Shown here in pieces: positions 29,032 through 39,075 of a stretch of 64,000 nt of DNA. The stretch is taken from the IMG/VR virus record IMGVR_UViG_3300031951_000032. The stretch is one strand, 5' to 3'. Origin of the DNA: an uncultured virus (IMG/VR IMGVR_UViG_3300031951_000032) (Duplodnaviria; Heunggongvirae; Uroviricota; Caudoviricetes). The translations under genes were made by a program, and so were the position numbers. The notes beneath the pieces were generated by a model that had not been told where the DNA came from, ran no database searches, and was given only the letters and a program-made list of their open reading frames with translations. How positions within the stretch are numbered: position 1 is the stretch's first letter; every line of letters starts with the position of its first letter.

Positions 29032-29577
29032 ATGGCATTTAACGTAAATCAGTTCCGTTCACAATTAACAGGTGACGGTGCCCGCCCAAATCTATTTGAG
29101 GTAAGTATGCCGTTTCCTGCGTTCTCAATACCAGGAAACGCACAAACAAAAATGACGTTCATGTGTAAGACAGCACAACTTCCAGGTTCAACTCTGGGTG
29201 TTGTACCTGTACAATACTTTGGCCGTGAATTAAAGTTTGTGGGTAATCGTACTTTTGCTGATTGGACAGTAACAATCATCAACGATGAAGACTTTATTGT
29301 TCGCAATGCATTTGAACGTTGGATGAATGGCATCAATAGCCACAATCTAAACGTTCGCAATCCAGTTGCAACTACACCATTAGGCTACACACAAGATGGT
29401 GAAGTTACGCAATTTGGTAAAGCGGGTAATACTATCAAAAAATATAAATTTGTAGGAATGTTCCCTTCTGACATCACTCCAATTGATGTTGATTGGGGTT
29501 CAAATGATACGATTGAAGAGTTTTCTGTAACGCTAACCTACCAGTGGTGGGAAGCAGTTGCAGACGGTGTGGTCTAA
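29032..29577 (+). CDS. gp19: Tail tube protein
   Basis: GARPNLFEV, GRELKF.G.RTF.DWTVT.INDEDF, IEEF.VT..YQWW. Confidence 0.96.
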   Translation: MAFNVNQFRSQLTGDGARPNLFEVSMPFPAFSIPGNAQTKMTFMCKTAQLPGSTLGVVPVQYFGRELKFVGNRTFADWTVTIINDEDFIVRNAFERWMNGINSHNLNVRNPVATTPLGYTQDGEVTQFGKAGNTIKKYKFVGMFPSDITPIDVDWGSNDTIEEFSVTLTYQWWEAVADGVV

Positions 29578-29578
29578 G

Positions 29579-29602
29579 AGTAGGGCATTTGCCCTACTTT
29601 TT
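29579..29602 (+). terminator. Rho-independent terminator after gp19
   Basis: AGTAGGGC-attt-GCCCTACT then TTTT. Confidence 0.75.
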
Positions 29603-29620
29603 AATATAGGATGATTTTTA

Positions 29621-31288
29621 ATGGCAATTAAACTTTTCGGCTTTACAATAGGCTCGAAGGATGTCGTCAAGGCTGAAAAGCCTGAGCAGGCATCCTTTGC
29701 GCTGCCTTCCGCAACCGTAGATGATGGTGCGGTTACCGTTACGCAAAATGCGTATTACGGTACATATGTTGATCTTGAAGGTTCTGTTCGCAACGAAATA
29801 GAACTTATCACACGATATCGTGAGATGTCAAATCACCCAGAATGTCAAATGGCAATTGATGAAATCGTCAATGAAGCCATCACACATGATGATCAGGGTA
29901 AAGTAGTTGACATCGTGCTTGACAATCTAAAACAACCTGAAACAATCAAAAAGAAAATTATTGAAGAGTTCAACAATGTATTGAAGATGTTGAACTTTAG
30001 TAATTTGGCCGATGATGTTTTCAAACGTTGGTATATTGATGGCCGTGTTTTTTATCATATCGTAGTCAACGATAAGAATCCTAAAGAAGGTATTCAAGAA
30101 CTTAGATACATTGATCCACGCAAGATTCGTAAAGTGCGTGAGATTAAGAAAGACCGTGATCCAAAAACAGGAGCAATGGTTGTTGTATCGGTTGCTGAAT
30201 ACTATGTCTACAATGATCGTGGTACCACGACACAGACATTTACATCAAACGTAGGTCAAGGTATTCGTATTGCACCAGATGCTATCATCAATGTGAATTC
30301 TGGTTTGATGGATGCTAAGAATACATTTGTTATTTCATATCTACACAAAGCAATCAAGCCACTCAATCAGTTGCGTATGATTGAAGATGCGATTGTTATC
30401 TACCGTATTTCAAGAGCGCCAGAACGCCGTATTTTCTACATTGACGTTGGTAACTTACCACGTGGTAAAGCAGAACAATATCTGCGTGACATCATGATCA
30501 AGTACCGTAACAAATTAGTTTACGATGCCAACACAGGTGAAATTCGTGACGAACGTAAGCACATGTCAATGCTTGAAGACTTCTGGCTGCCACGCCGTGA
30601 AGGTGGTAAGGGTACAGAGATTACTACATTGCCTGCTGGTCAAAACTTAGGTGAACTAGAAGACGTAAAATATTTTCAAAAGAAACTTTTACAATCTCTA
30701 AACGTACCATATTCAAGACTTGAATCACAAGAAGGTGGGTTAGCAGGTCTTGGTCGTTCACAAGAAGTTACCCGTGATGAATTAAAGTTTGCCAAGTTTG
30801 TCATTCGTCTGCGTAATAAATTCTCACAAATCTTTGACGAAGCATTGAAAGTACAACTGGTACTCAAAGGTATTTGTACACGTGAAGAGTGGGATAAATT
30901 CAAAGAAGACATCTACTACGACTTCCGTAAAGACAATAACTTTACCGAACTGCGTGAAGCAGAGTTGCTACAAAATAGATTGCAAATGGTAAGTCAAGTT
31001 GATCCATTTGTTGGTCGTTACTTCTCTAACAATTATGTGATGAATAAGATTCTCATGATGACGGATGAAGAAATTGAAGCAATGCAGGAAGAGATTCAAA
31101 AAGAAAAAGACACATTGCCTGATGACATGCAAGGTCCTGTTTTAGGTGGACCACCACAAGGTGCTGAACCACAAGCAGAGCCAGAAGATAATACGGTAGA
31201 AAATGCCGAAGAAGAAGAGTCATTGACACCTGGTTTAGATGATGAAGTAAGTAAATCGGTTGTCAGTATAAATAATAGACGCAGATAA
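29621..31288 (+). CDS. gp20: Portal protein
   Basis: WYIDGR, YLHKAIKP.NQLRM.EDA.VIYR..RAPERRIFYIDVGNLP, EDFWLPRREGG.GTEI.TLP. Confidence 0.97.
   Translation: MAIKLFGFTIGSKDVVKAEKPEQASFALPSATVDDGAVTVTQNAYYGTYVDLEGSVRNEIELITRYREMSNHPECQMAIDEIVNEAITHDDQGKVVDIVLDNLKQPETIKKKIIEEFNNVLKMLNFSNLADDVFKRWYIDGRVFYHIVVNDKNPKEGIQELRYIDPRKIRKVREIKKDRDPKTGAMVVVSVAEYYVYNDRGTTTQTFTSNVGQGIRIAPDAIINVNSGLMDAKNTFVISYLHKAIKPLNQLRMIEDAIVIYRISRAPERRIFYIDVGNLPRGKAEQYLRDIMIKYRNKLVYDANTGEIRDERKHMSMLEDFWLPRREGGKGTEITTLPAGQNLGELEDVKYFQKKLLQSLNVPYSRLESQEGGLAGLGRSQEVTRDELKFAKFVIRLRNKFSQIFDEALKVQLVLKGICTREEWDKFKEDIYYDFRKDNNFTELREAELLQNRLQMVSQVDPFVGRYFSNNYVMNKILMMTDEEIEAMQEEIQKEKDTLPDDMQGPVLGGPPQGAEPQAEPEDNTVENAEEEESLTPGLDDEVSKSVVSINNRRR
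31267..31274 (+). promoter_or_regulatory. T4-type late promoter TATAAATA
   Basis: Exact consensus just upstream of the prohead core genes. Confidence 0.65.
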
Positions 31289-31299
31289 GGAAGGTTATT

Positions 31300-31500
31300 A
31301 TGGAATTAAAAGATATTGTCAACAATATTGCCGCTGGTGATAGCGCCGCCGCAAAAGAAGGTATAGAAAATGTTTTATCCGCAAAAGCGTTCGATGCGCT
31401 CCAAGGCCGTAAGCAAGAAATGGCTGCAACTTTATTTGGCGGGAAAGAGCAAGGCGACGAAGAAGTTACCGACAGTGAAGAAGCCGTAGAGCAAGAATGA
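31300..31500 (+). CDS. gp67: Prohead core protein (gp67-like)
   Basis: 66 aa acidic protein directly after portal, as in T4-like gene order. Confidence 0.65.
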   Translation: MELKDIVNNIAAGDSAAAKEGIENVLSAKAFDALQGRKQEMAATLFGGKEQGDEEVTDSEEAVEQE

Positions 31501-32156
31501 AATCATTACTTGAATTTAAATCTATCGTAGAAGAAGAGAAGCAAGACTACTCTAAGTTTGATGCACTTGTTCGTGCTGGTCTTGCAAACAAAGCACAGTT
31601 GGCTCGTATTCACAAAATCTTGGATAAGATGGGTGAAGAACGCCCACAGTTCAACAGTGCTGATCGTGAGATCATGCGTAATCTTTTCAATCGCATGGTA
31701 GATTTAGTTTCAAGTAAACAGATTTACGGTAAAGCAAGACAAGCAGTTCGTGAGGAAGTGGAACTTGAAGAAGCACGTATGGATACACCATTGGTACCAG
31801 ACCCTCCAGTGGTTTTGGTAATCAAACGTAAAGCGGTAAGATTGTATCCAGACGGCACACGTATTGCTCTGTATTGGAGTGATAAAATAAAAAGAGCATT
31901 TAGCATTCCTTATGGTCCAATGGTTGATGCTCCAGTTCAAGCAGAAGAATACATTAAAGAACTAGTAGAAGCAGAAGAATTGATGCTGAATGATGGCAAT
32001 ACAATTTCTCTAAACGAAGAAACAAAACAACAAATCATAAACACATACGGTCAGTTAGAAGAAGATAGTAAAGAAATCTTTTGGCAACAACTAACTGAAT
32101 CTGTAGCAACATTCGGAAAACTATATGAGTTTTGTAGAACTAATTCTGCAAAATAG
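31497..32156 (+). CDS. Hypothetical head-region protein
   Basis: 219 aa; DPP.VL..KRKA.R.YPDG..IALY motif; ATGA coupling. Confidence 0.6.
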   Translation: MKSLLEFKSIVEEEKQDYSKFDALVRAGLANKAQLARIHKILDKMGEERPQFNSADREIMRNLFNRMVDLVSSKQIYGKARQAVREEVELEEARMDTPLVPDPPVVLVIKRKAVRLYPDGTRIALYWSDKIKRAFSIPYGPMVDAPVQAEEYIKELVEAEELMLNDGNTISLNEETKQQIINTYGQLEEDSKEIFWQQLTESVATFGKLYEFCRTNSAK

Positions 32157-32586
32157 ATTAGACGAAGCCAAAGAGTTAATCTTTGAACGTCTGAACGACA
32201 TTGCTTCTGTTCGTATGGAAGAAGCAAAGCCATATGTCGTTGATGCAATGTTTGAAGAGATTGAAGTTGACGAAGAAGTGTTAGAGGAAGCGGCTAAGAA
32301 ACGCAATCCAAACATTCAAAAGATGGGTCGTATTACAAAGGTACGCCGCCGCATTCGTCGCAATAAAAAAGGTAGAATTGTTGTACAGAGAAATGTACGC
32401 AAATCAGGAATAAAAGGTTACCGTATTTCTGGTAATACAATAAAGCGCATACCTGCAACAGTAAGATTACGCAAAGCACGTTTGTTAAAACGTTCTTGGA
32501 AAACAACAAGAAAAAGTAAACTAAGACGCACGTTGATGAAAAGAAAAATGTCAATGCGTCGTCGTCAAGCTATGGGACTAAAATAA
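32125..32586 (+). CDS. Prohead core protein (gp68-like) with very basic C-terminus
   Basis: 153 aa; acidic N-half, Arg/Lys-rich C-half ending RKMSMRRRQAMGL; position before gp21. Confidence 0.6.
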   Translation: MSFVELILQNRLDEAKELIFERLNDIASVRMEEAKPYVVDAMFEEIEVDEEVLEEAAKKRNPNIQKMGRITKVRRRIRRNKKGRIVVQRNVRKSGIKGYRISGNTIKRIPATVRLRKARLLKRSWKTTRKSKLRRTLMKRKMSMRRRQAMGLK

Positions 32587-32587
32587 A

Positions 32588-32950
32588 ATGCCATTTGAAA
32601 TTACGAATACTCTAAGAGGTTCATCAATTGTACGAGCAGTGGATCCTGGTACATACACGATCACTCTCAATAATTTAAGAGCAAATGCTACAACCGAAAC
32701 TGTTACCGCCGCCGACATTAAACATGTTTTGTGGTCAACAAATGGTAACATCCGTATCACACGAAATGGTATACCTTTGTTAGCACTCCAAAATGGTGGT
32801 GACATGGATTTTGATTCTTATGGATATTCGGTCGCAAACAATAACACTCAAAGCATTGTAATTGAAATCAATACTGGCGGCACAATTATTTTACACTTGG
32901 CCAAGTATGCAACATACAATGTTGATCCATATACAGGAGTATCAATCTAA
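32588..32950 (+). CDS. Hypothetical head-region protein
   Basis: 120 aa beta-rich ORF coupled to gp21. Confidence 0.6.
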   Translation: MPFEITNTLRGSSIVRAVDPGTYTITLNNLRANATTETVTAADIKHVLWSTNGNIRITRNGIPLLALQNGGDMDFDSYGYSVANNNTQSIVIEINTGGTIILHLAKYATYNVDPYTGVSI

Positions 32951-33600
32951 TGAAACTTATTAAAGAACATATTGAGAATGTAAGATATCTTACCGAAAAA
33001 ACAGAAGACGGTAAAAAGAATCTTTACATTGAAGGTATATTTTTGGTTGGCGATGCAGTCAACCGTAACAATCGTATGTACAAAATGGACACACTTCGCA
33101 ATGAAGTTGAACGATATACCGAAGAGTATATCAACACAAATCGTGCGCTTGGTGAACTGGGACATCCAGATACACCATCACTGAATCTAGAACGTGTGTC
33201 ACACAAGATTACAAGTTTGGTAGAGAATGGTAATACATTTGTCGGTAAAGCACTCATCATGGAAACACCATATGGTTTGATCGCCAAGAATCTCATTGAG
33301 TCTGGTGTCGGTCTTGGTGTTTCATCACGTGCTTTGGGTTCTGTCGTAATGACAAAAGAAGGTTATAATCTAGTACAAGATGACCTGCGCCTTGCAACTG
33401 CTGCTGATATCGTTGCTGACCCTTCTGCTCCCGGTGCTTTTGTTCAGGGCATCATGGAAAACAAAGAATGGATGTTCGTAGAGGGTAAGTTTGTCGAGTC
33501 ACATATTGACTATGCTAAACAGCAAATTCGTAAAGCATCACGCAGAGATGTTGAATCTGTCGGATTACAACTCTTCGAAAACTTCCTACGAAAACTTTAA
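32950..33600 (+). CDS. gp21: Prohead protease
   Basis: NRNNRMY, ALGELGHP, GVSSRALGS, DIVADPSAP.AFV.GIME. Confidence 0.96.
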   Translation: MKLIKEHIENVRYLTEKTEDGKKNLYIEGIFLVGDAVNRNNRMYKMDTLRNEVERYTEEYINTNRALGELGHPDTPSLNLERVSHKITSLVENGNTFVGKALIMETPYGLIAKNLIESGVGLGVSSRALGSVVMTKEGYNLVQDDLRLATAADIVADPSAPGAFVQGIMENKEWMFVEGKFVESHIDYAKQQIRKASRRDVESVGLQLFENFLRKL

Positions 33601-33604
33601 AATT

Positions 33605-33612
33605 TATAAATA
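33605..33612 (+). promoter_or_regulatory. T4-type late promoter TATAAATA
   Basis: Exact consensus in the gp21-gp22 gap. Confidence 0.75.
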
Positions 33613-33634
33613 AGAAATCATAAGGAGATATTCA

Positions 33635-34729
33635 ATGGCAACAAACAAACTCATGGAAGCAGCGGCAGAAATTCTTGCAGGAAGCAAGTCATCTGCTCCT
33701 GGTATGCCAATGCCTAAATTAACTCAGAATACACCTCCAGGCAATCCTGGAACACCTGAAGACTTAGGCGGTCCTACACCACAGAACAACAAACCTACTG
33801 ATGATTCTAACAAGTTGTCAAGCAAAGGTAGTGCTAAGAGTGCAACAGCACCTACAACTAAGCCTTCTGCTGCATCAAGCGATGTTCAACTTGGCGACAA
33901 GAACATGAAAGCGGGTACAGGTACAGCAATGATGCCTGAACAAACCAACGAAGAAGAAGAACTGATTGATGACGAATCAGCAATCGCAGAAATGAAAGCA
34001 CAAATGAAAGAAGATGTTGCTTCATTGTTTGCTGACGATTCAAACATTTCAGAAGACTTCAAAGTAAAGGCTGCTACAATCTTTGAAGCACGTGTATTTG
34101 ACCGTGTTGCACAGATTCAAGAACAAATGGAAGCAGAATATGCTGGCATGTTAGCCGAGGCTCTTGAAGAAATCAAATCTGAACTTACAGAAAAGGTAGA
34201 TGATTACCTAAACTACGTAGTAGAGCAGTGGATGCAAGAGAACGAAATCGCTATTGAAAGCGGTCTGCGTTCCGAAATCACTGAAGACTTTATTGCTGGT
34301 TTGCGTAATCTGTTTGCCGAAAACTACATCAACGTTCCAGAAGATAAAGTCGAACTGGTAGATGAACTTGCATCTAAAGTCGAAGAACTGGAAGTTAAAT
34401 TGAATGAAGAAATTGAAGCCAATATTCAGTACAAGAAACAACTTACTGAAGCAATTAAAGTACAACTAGTAAATGAAGTTTGCGAAGGTCTCACAGCAAC
34501 TCAAGTAGAAAAAATCAAGTCACTTGCAGAGAGTGTTGAATTCTCCACAGAGGAAGAGTTCGTAGAAAAACTTGAGACAATTCGTGAGAATTACTTCCCA
34601 TCAGGCGTTAAAAAAGCCGATGTTGCACAACTTCATGAAGAAGTAGAAGACGATGGTAGCGAAAAGAAAGTATCCGCTGATCCATACGTTGCTTCGGTTG
34701 TTAATGCAATTTCAAGAACAAAAATTTAA
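33635..34729 (+). CDS. gp22: Prohead scaffolding protein
   Basis: FK.KAATIFEA, VD.YL.YVVE.W..EN..AIE.G, F..KL..I.E.YF. Confidence 0.93.
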   Translation: MATNKLMEAAAEILAGSKSSAPGMPMPKLTQNTPPGNPGTPEDLGGPTPQNNKPTDDSNKLSSKGSAKSATAPTTKPSAASSDVQLGDKNMKAGTGTAMMPEQTNEEEELIDDESAIAEMKAQMKEDVASLFADDSNISEDFKVKAATIFEARVFDRVAQIQEQMEAEYAGMLAEALEEIKSELTEKVDDYLNYVVEQWMQENEIAIESGLRSEITEDFIAGLRNLFAENYINVPEDKVELVDELASKVEELEVKLNEEIEANIQYKKQLTEAIKVQLVNEVCEGLTATQVEKIKSLAESVEFSTEEEFVEKLETIRENYFPSGVKKADVAQLHEEVEDDGSEKKVSADPYVASVVNAISRTKI

Positions 34730-34753
34730 ATAATAAACTAAGGAGATACAAAG

Positions 34754-36097
34754 ATGTATTTGTCTGAAAATCTACAAAACAAATGGGAAGGTGTACTGGA
34801 TCATCCAGATATGCCAAAAATTGCTGACCCATATCGTAAAGCCGTTACAGCGGTAATTCTTGAGAACCAAGCTCAAGAAATGATGAAAGAAGCAGGTATT
34901 CTGAGTGAAACTGGTTCACCAACTAACTTTGCTGGTACAGGTGGTTTTAGTGGCGGTTCTGCTGCTGCTGGTCCAGTTGCTGGTTTCGATCCAATCCTGA
35001 TCAGCCTGGTTCGTCGTTCACTGCCTAACCTGATCGCTTATGACGTTTGCGGCGTTCAGCCAATGACAGGTCCTACAGGTCTGATCTTTGCAATGCGTAC
35101 TAAGTATGCATCACAAGGCGGTAACGAAGCATTCTACAACGAAGCAAACACAGCATTCTCGGGTGCTAACGGTGCAATCGTTGCTTCTTCAATGACAATC
35201 GCTGGTAACACAACAGATTATCTGTTTACAGGTAACGCTGCTCCAACTGGTGCTATGACAACTGGTTCTGCTGAAGCACTGGGTGATGGCGCTGCTGGTA
35301 ACACATTCCAAGAAATGGCATTCTCAATTGAGAAAGTCACTGTAACAGCCCGTACACGTGCGCTGAAAGCAGAATACTCAATGGAACTGGCACAAGACTT
35401 GAAAGCAGTTCATGGTCTTGACGCTGAAACAGAACTGGCTAACATTCTGTCCGCTGAAATTCTTGCTGAAATCAACCGTGAAGTTATCCGTACAATCTAC
35501 AAGATTGCTAAGCCAGGTTGCCAAGCAGGTACAACAACTAGAGGCGCATTCAACCTTGACACAGACTCAAACGGTCGTTGGATGGTTGAAAAGATCAAAG
35601 GTCTGGCATTCCAGATTGAGCGTGAAGCAAACCAAATCGCTAAGACAACCCGTCGTGGAAAAGGTAACATCGTTATCTGTTCTTCAGACGTAGCATCTGC
35701 TTTGGCGATGGCTGGTATCCTTGACTATAACTCAGCACTTGCTGGTCAAGTATCACTGACAGTTGACGATACTGGTAATACATTTGCTGGTACAATCTTC
35801 GGTCGTATCAAAGTTTACATCGATCCATACTTCCCAGTTGGTTCGACATCCGAATTTGCTGTAGTTGGTTACAAAGGCACAAACGCATACGATGCTGGTA
35901 TGTTCTACTGCCCATACGTACCGCTGCAAATGGTTCGTGCAGTTGATACTGGTACATTCCAGCCAAAGATTGGCTTCAAGACTCGTTACGGTCTGGTAGC
36001 AAATCCATTCGCAGAAGGTACAGATCAAGGCCTCGGCGCTCTGACAACACAGAGCAACAACTACTACCGTGGCTTCCGTATTGCAAACCTGATGTAA
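34754..36097 (+). CDS. gp23: Major capsid protein
   Basis: GVQPMTGPTGLIFAMR, RALKAEYS.ELAQDLKAVHGLDAE.EL, YCPYVPL, FQPKIGFKTRYG. Confidence 0.98.
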   Translation: MYLSENLQNKWEGVLDHPDMPKIADPYRKAVTAVILENQAQEMMKEAGILSETGSPTNFAGTGGFSGGSAAAGPVAGFDPILISLVRRSLPNLIAYDVCGVQPMTGPTGLIFAMRTKYASQGGNEAFYNEANTAFSGANGAIVASSMTIAGNTTDYLFTGNAAPTGAMTTGSAEALGDGAAGNTFQEMAFSIEKVTVTARTRALKAEYSMELAQDLKAVHGLDAETELANILSAEILAEINREVIRTIYKIAKPGCQAGTTTRGAFNLDTDSNGRWMVEKIKGLAFQIEREANQIAKTTRRGKGNIVICSSDVASALAMAGILDYNSALAGQVSLTVDDTGNTFAGTIFGRIKVYIDPYFPVGSTSEFAVVGYKGTNAYDAGMFYCPYVPLQMVRAVDTGTFQPKIGFKTRYGLVANPFAEGTDQGLGALTTQSNNYYRGFRIANLM

Positions 36098-36126
36098 TTA
36101 AATAACCACCGTAGAGTGGGATTTAG

Positions 36127-36154
36127 AGAGGCTCCTTCGGGAGCCTCTTTTTTT
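36127..36154 (+). terminator. Rho-independent terminator with C(UUCG)G tetraloop
   Basis: AGAGGCTCC-TTCG-GGAGCCTCT followed by T run. Confidence 0.92.
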
Positions 36155-36160
36155 ATGGTG

Positions 36161-36168
36161 CATAAATA
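36161..36168 (+). promoter_or_regulatory. Late-promoter variant CATAAATA
   Basis: One mismatch to TATAAATA, between the gp23 terminator and the gp3 start. Confidence 0.5.
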
Positions 36169-36173
36169 AGAGT

Positions 36174-36713
36174 ATGACAGTCCTTACACGTAACCCTACA
36201 AATCCAAATTCGTTACAGCCGAATAAGTTTACGCTGAATCTGGCTCGTACACCGAATCTGCAATACTTTACTCAAACAATTTCTTTACCTGGTCTTTCTA
36301 CTTCAGAAATTCCTGTACAGAACCCATTTGTTGAACTGTATGCTCCTGGTGAAAAAGCAATCTATGATGTGTTGAATGTTACCTTTATTGTTGATGCTGA
36401 AATGTTGTCGTGGTTAGAAGTACATGACTGGCTTCGTGCAGTAACATTCCCAACTGAGTATGAAGAATATCAGAATTTGTCAAAACTAAATCAATTTGCT
36501 TCAGCAATACCAACAAAGACTCCACAGTATTCTGATGGTGCAGTGACTATTCTTTCTGCATCAAACAAACCTTATTACCGTTTCAACTTCAAAGATTTAT
36601 TTCCAATTTCACTATCTGGTTTTGTTATGTCTTCTACTGACACACCAGATACAATCATCACAGCAGACGCTACATTCAGATTTACCTATTATAACGTAGA
36701 AAAATTATTTTAA
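36174..36713 (+). CDS. gp3: Tail completion/tube terminator protein (gp3-like)
   Basis: N.LQPNKF...P...YF.Q...LPG, YSD..L/V.IL, F.DLFP.SLS, A.F.FTYY; follows gp23. Confidence 0.8.
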   Translation: MTVLTRNPTNPNSLQPNKFTLNLARTPNLQYFTQTISLPGLSTSEIPVQNPFVELYAPGEKAIYDVLNVTFIVDAEMLSWLEVHDWLRAVTFPTEYEEYQNLSKLNQFASAIPTKTPQYSDGAVTILSASNKPYYRFNFKDLFPISLSGFVMSSTDTPDTIITADATFRFTYYNVEKLF

Positions 36714-36716
36714 TTG

Positions 36717-36725
36717 TGATATACT
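36717..36725 (+). promoter_or_regulatory. Extended -10 promoter (TGnTATACT) for uvsY
   Basis: TGaTATACT directly upstream of SD AGGAGG. Confidence 0.5.
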
Positions 36726-36743
36726 CCTAATAGGAGGTATAAT

Positions 36744-37178
36744 ATGAGCAAACTTGACGAAGTATTACAAATGTGGACTGCGGATTCTAACATTGACCGC
36801 ACTGAACCAGGTAAAGCACTGATTGATATTCCCAAACTTCACTCAAAGTATCTGAACATTCTTTCTTCACATCGGTTACTAGCCAAAGAAGCAGAGTTCA
36901 ACTACAACAAATGGCGTAAGTTGAAATGGGAATACTATACAGGTAGACTTGATGATGAAGATTTGACCAAATATGGTTGGCAGCCATTTCCATTTACACT
37001 CAAATCTGAGATCAATACATACTTAGAAGCGGATGAAGATATCAATAAGTACCTTGCAAAGAAGTTGTTGCATGAAGAAATTGTTGAAGTCTGTCAGGCA
37101 ATATTAAAAGAATTGAACAACCGAACATGGGAACTTCGTTCATTCATTGACTGGGAAAAATTCATACAAGGTGTTTGA
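36744..37178 (+). CDS. uvsY: Recombination mediator UvsY
   Basis: W..DS.ID......IPKLHSKYL, KWEYY.G, Y..AD.D, I.W.KF..G. Confidence 0.92.
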   Translation: MSKLDEVLQMWTADSNIDRTEPGKALIDIPKLHSKYLNILSSHRLLAKEAEFNYNKWRKLKWEYYTGRLDDEDLTKYGWQPFPFTLKSEINTYLEADEDINKYLAKKLLHEEIVEVCQAILKELNNRTWELRSFIDWEKFIQGV

Positions 37179-38652
37179 TTTAATATTATATAAACAAAAT
37201 GAAGCATTCATCAGGTTTACGTGTGAGAAAAGTGTCGCACAAGAACTTGCAGACTACTTTACATTCTTTGTACCTGGTTATCAATTCATGCCAGCGTACA
37301 AGAATCGTCTTTGGGATGGTAAGATAAGACTTGCTGACCTACGAACATACACTATCTACCATGGACTTGTACCTTACATTGAAAAGTTCTGTGAAGAAAG
37401 AGGTTACAAACTTGAGGTTGATGCTGCTGTAAACAATACAGAGAGTTTTTCAGCATTGGAGGCCAATGAGTTTTTGGAGCAACTTCATTTGGACAAGACC
37501 ATTATAACAGAAGGTGTAAGGGAGTATCAATACAAAGCATTCATTACTGCCGTAAGAAGAAAGAGAATGTTGTTGTTATCACCCACTGGTTCAGGTAAGT
37601 CTCTGATACAGTATCTTATTCTTCGGTATTTACAATACAAAGATTACAGAAAAGGATTACTGATTGTACCAACAACATCACTTGTTGAGCAAATGTATTC
37701 CGATTTCAAGTCATATGGTTATGATGCAGACACTTATTGTCATCGTCAGTATTCAGGCAAAGAGAAGCACACAGATAAGTTTCTAACCATTACCACATGG
37801 CAATCTATCTACAAGAATCCACCAGAATACTTTGAGCAATTTGATTTTGTATTGGGTGATGAAGCACATCAGTTCAAAGCAAAGTCATTGACTACCATTA
37901 TGACTGGTCTGAAGAATGCATCATATCGTATTGGTTGCACAGGTACAGTTGACGGCACACAGACTCACAAACTAGTGTTAGAAGGACTATTTGGTCCTGT
38001 GTATCAGTCTACCACTACTGCTAAACTGATTGAGAATAAACAACTGGCAGACTTCCGTATTAAGTGTCTGGTACTGAAATATTCTGAAGAGGTGTGTAAA
38101 CTCTCTAGAGGTTGGGATTATCAATCTGAGATAGACTACATAGTAAGAAGTACCGCAAGAAATGAATTCATACGTAATCTTGCATTGTCACTTGAAGGCA
38201 ACTCACTTATACTATTCAATCTAGTAGAGAAGCATGGTAAACATCTACACAAGATGATTGAAGAAAAGGCCACCAATCGTCATGTGTTTTTTGTTTATGG
38301 TGGCACAGACGTTGATGTCCGTGAACAAGTTCGTGCTATTACCGAAAAACAAAACAATGCCATTATCGTGGCATCATACGGTACCTTTAGTACGGGTATC
38401 AACATTCGCAATCTACATAATGTCATCTTTGCATCACCGTCTAAGTCAAGGGTTAGAAATCTACAATCAATTGGTAGAGGTCTAAGAATAGGTGATAACA
38501 AAAGTGAAGCAGTTCTCTATGATATAGCCGATGACTTTCGTATAGGTAAACATGTAAACTATACCTTGCAACACTTGCAAGAACGTGTTAGGATATACGA
38601 TGAAGAAAAGTTTAAGTACAAGTTTTACAATATAGAGGTCAAGAATGCATAA
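37171..38652 (+). CDS. uvsW: SF2 DNA helicase UvsW (probable GTG start at 37171)
   Basis: WDGKIRL, SPTGSGKS, DEAH, STGINI.NLHNVIFASPSKS..R.LQSIGRGLR. Confidence 0.96.
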   Translation: MFDLILYKQNEAFIRFTCEKSVAQELADYFTFFVPGYQFMPAYKNRLWDGKIRLADLRTYTIYHGLVPYIEKFCEERGYKLEVDAAVNNTESFSALEANEFLEQLHLDKTIITEGVREYQYKAFITAVRRKRMLLLSPTGSGKSLIQYLILRYLQYKDYRKGLLIVPTTSLVEQMYSDFKSYGYDADTYCHRQYSGKEKHTDKFLTITTWQSIYKNPPEYFEQFDFVLGDEAHQFKAKSLTTIMTGLKNASYRIGCTGTVDGTQTHKLVLEGLFGPVYQSTTTAKLIENKQLADFRIKCLVLKYSEEVCKLSRGWDYQSEIDYIVRSTARNEFIRNLALSLEGNSLILFNLVEKHGKHLHKMIEEKATNRHVFFVYGGTDVDVREQVRAITEKQNNAIIVASYGTFSTGINIRNLHNVIFASPSKSRVRNLQSIGRGLRIGDNKSEAVLYDIADDFRIGKHVNYTLQHLQERVRIYDEEKFKYKFYNIEVKNA

Positions 38653-39061
38653 CGTCAAACTTATAAGAATGCAATCTGGTGAAGATATCATGGCTTCTAT
38701 GTTTGAAGAAGAGAATTCTGATCAAATACAAATCAACGATCCTATGCGTATTGTGTTTCGTCGTTTACCTACAGGTCAAACGGTCATGATGATGATGCCA
38801 TGGTTACCAGTAGAGTTGATCAAAGAAAACTCTGCGATGATTTATTATTCAGACATCGTGACTGTTGTAGAGCCTAAAGAATCAATGATACGATACTATG
38901 ACAAACTTGTTGAGCGAACAATTGAAGAGATGGCAGATTCAGATAAGATGATTGATAATCTCTTAGAAGAACAAGAGCAAGAAGAAGAAGATGTGCAACA
39001 TCAAATCATAGAAGAAGTTATTCAAAGCATACAAGAAGCAAAGAATAAAAAACTTCATTAA
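38645..39061 (+). CDS. Conserved hypothetical protein after uvsW (possibly Sm-like fold)
   Basis: 138 aa; KLIR..SGEDI.A...I.DP..I...PW; acidic tail. Confidence 0.65.
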   Translation: MHNVKLIRMQSGEDIMASMFEEENSDQIQINDPMRIVFRRLPTGQTVMMMMPWLPVELIKENSAMIYYSDIVTVVEPKESMIRYYDKLVERTIEEMADSDKMIDNLLEEQEQEEEDVQHQIIEEVIQSIQEAKNKKLH

Positions 39062-39075
39062 TAGGAATTTTTGTT

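Noticed and set aside
25630..38652. Introns, inteins or homing endonucleases in gp17, gp20, gp23 or uvsW
   Set aside because: All are continuous and of ordinary length, with no intein or endonuclease motifs seen.
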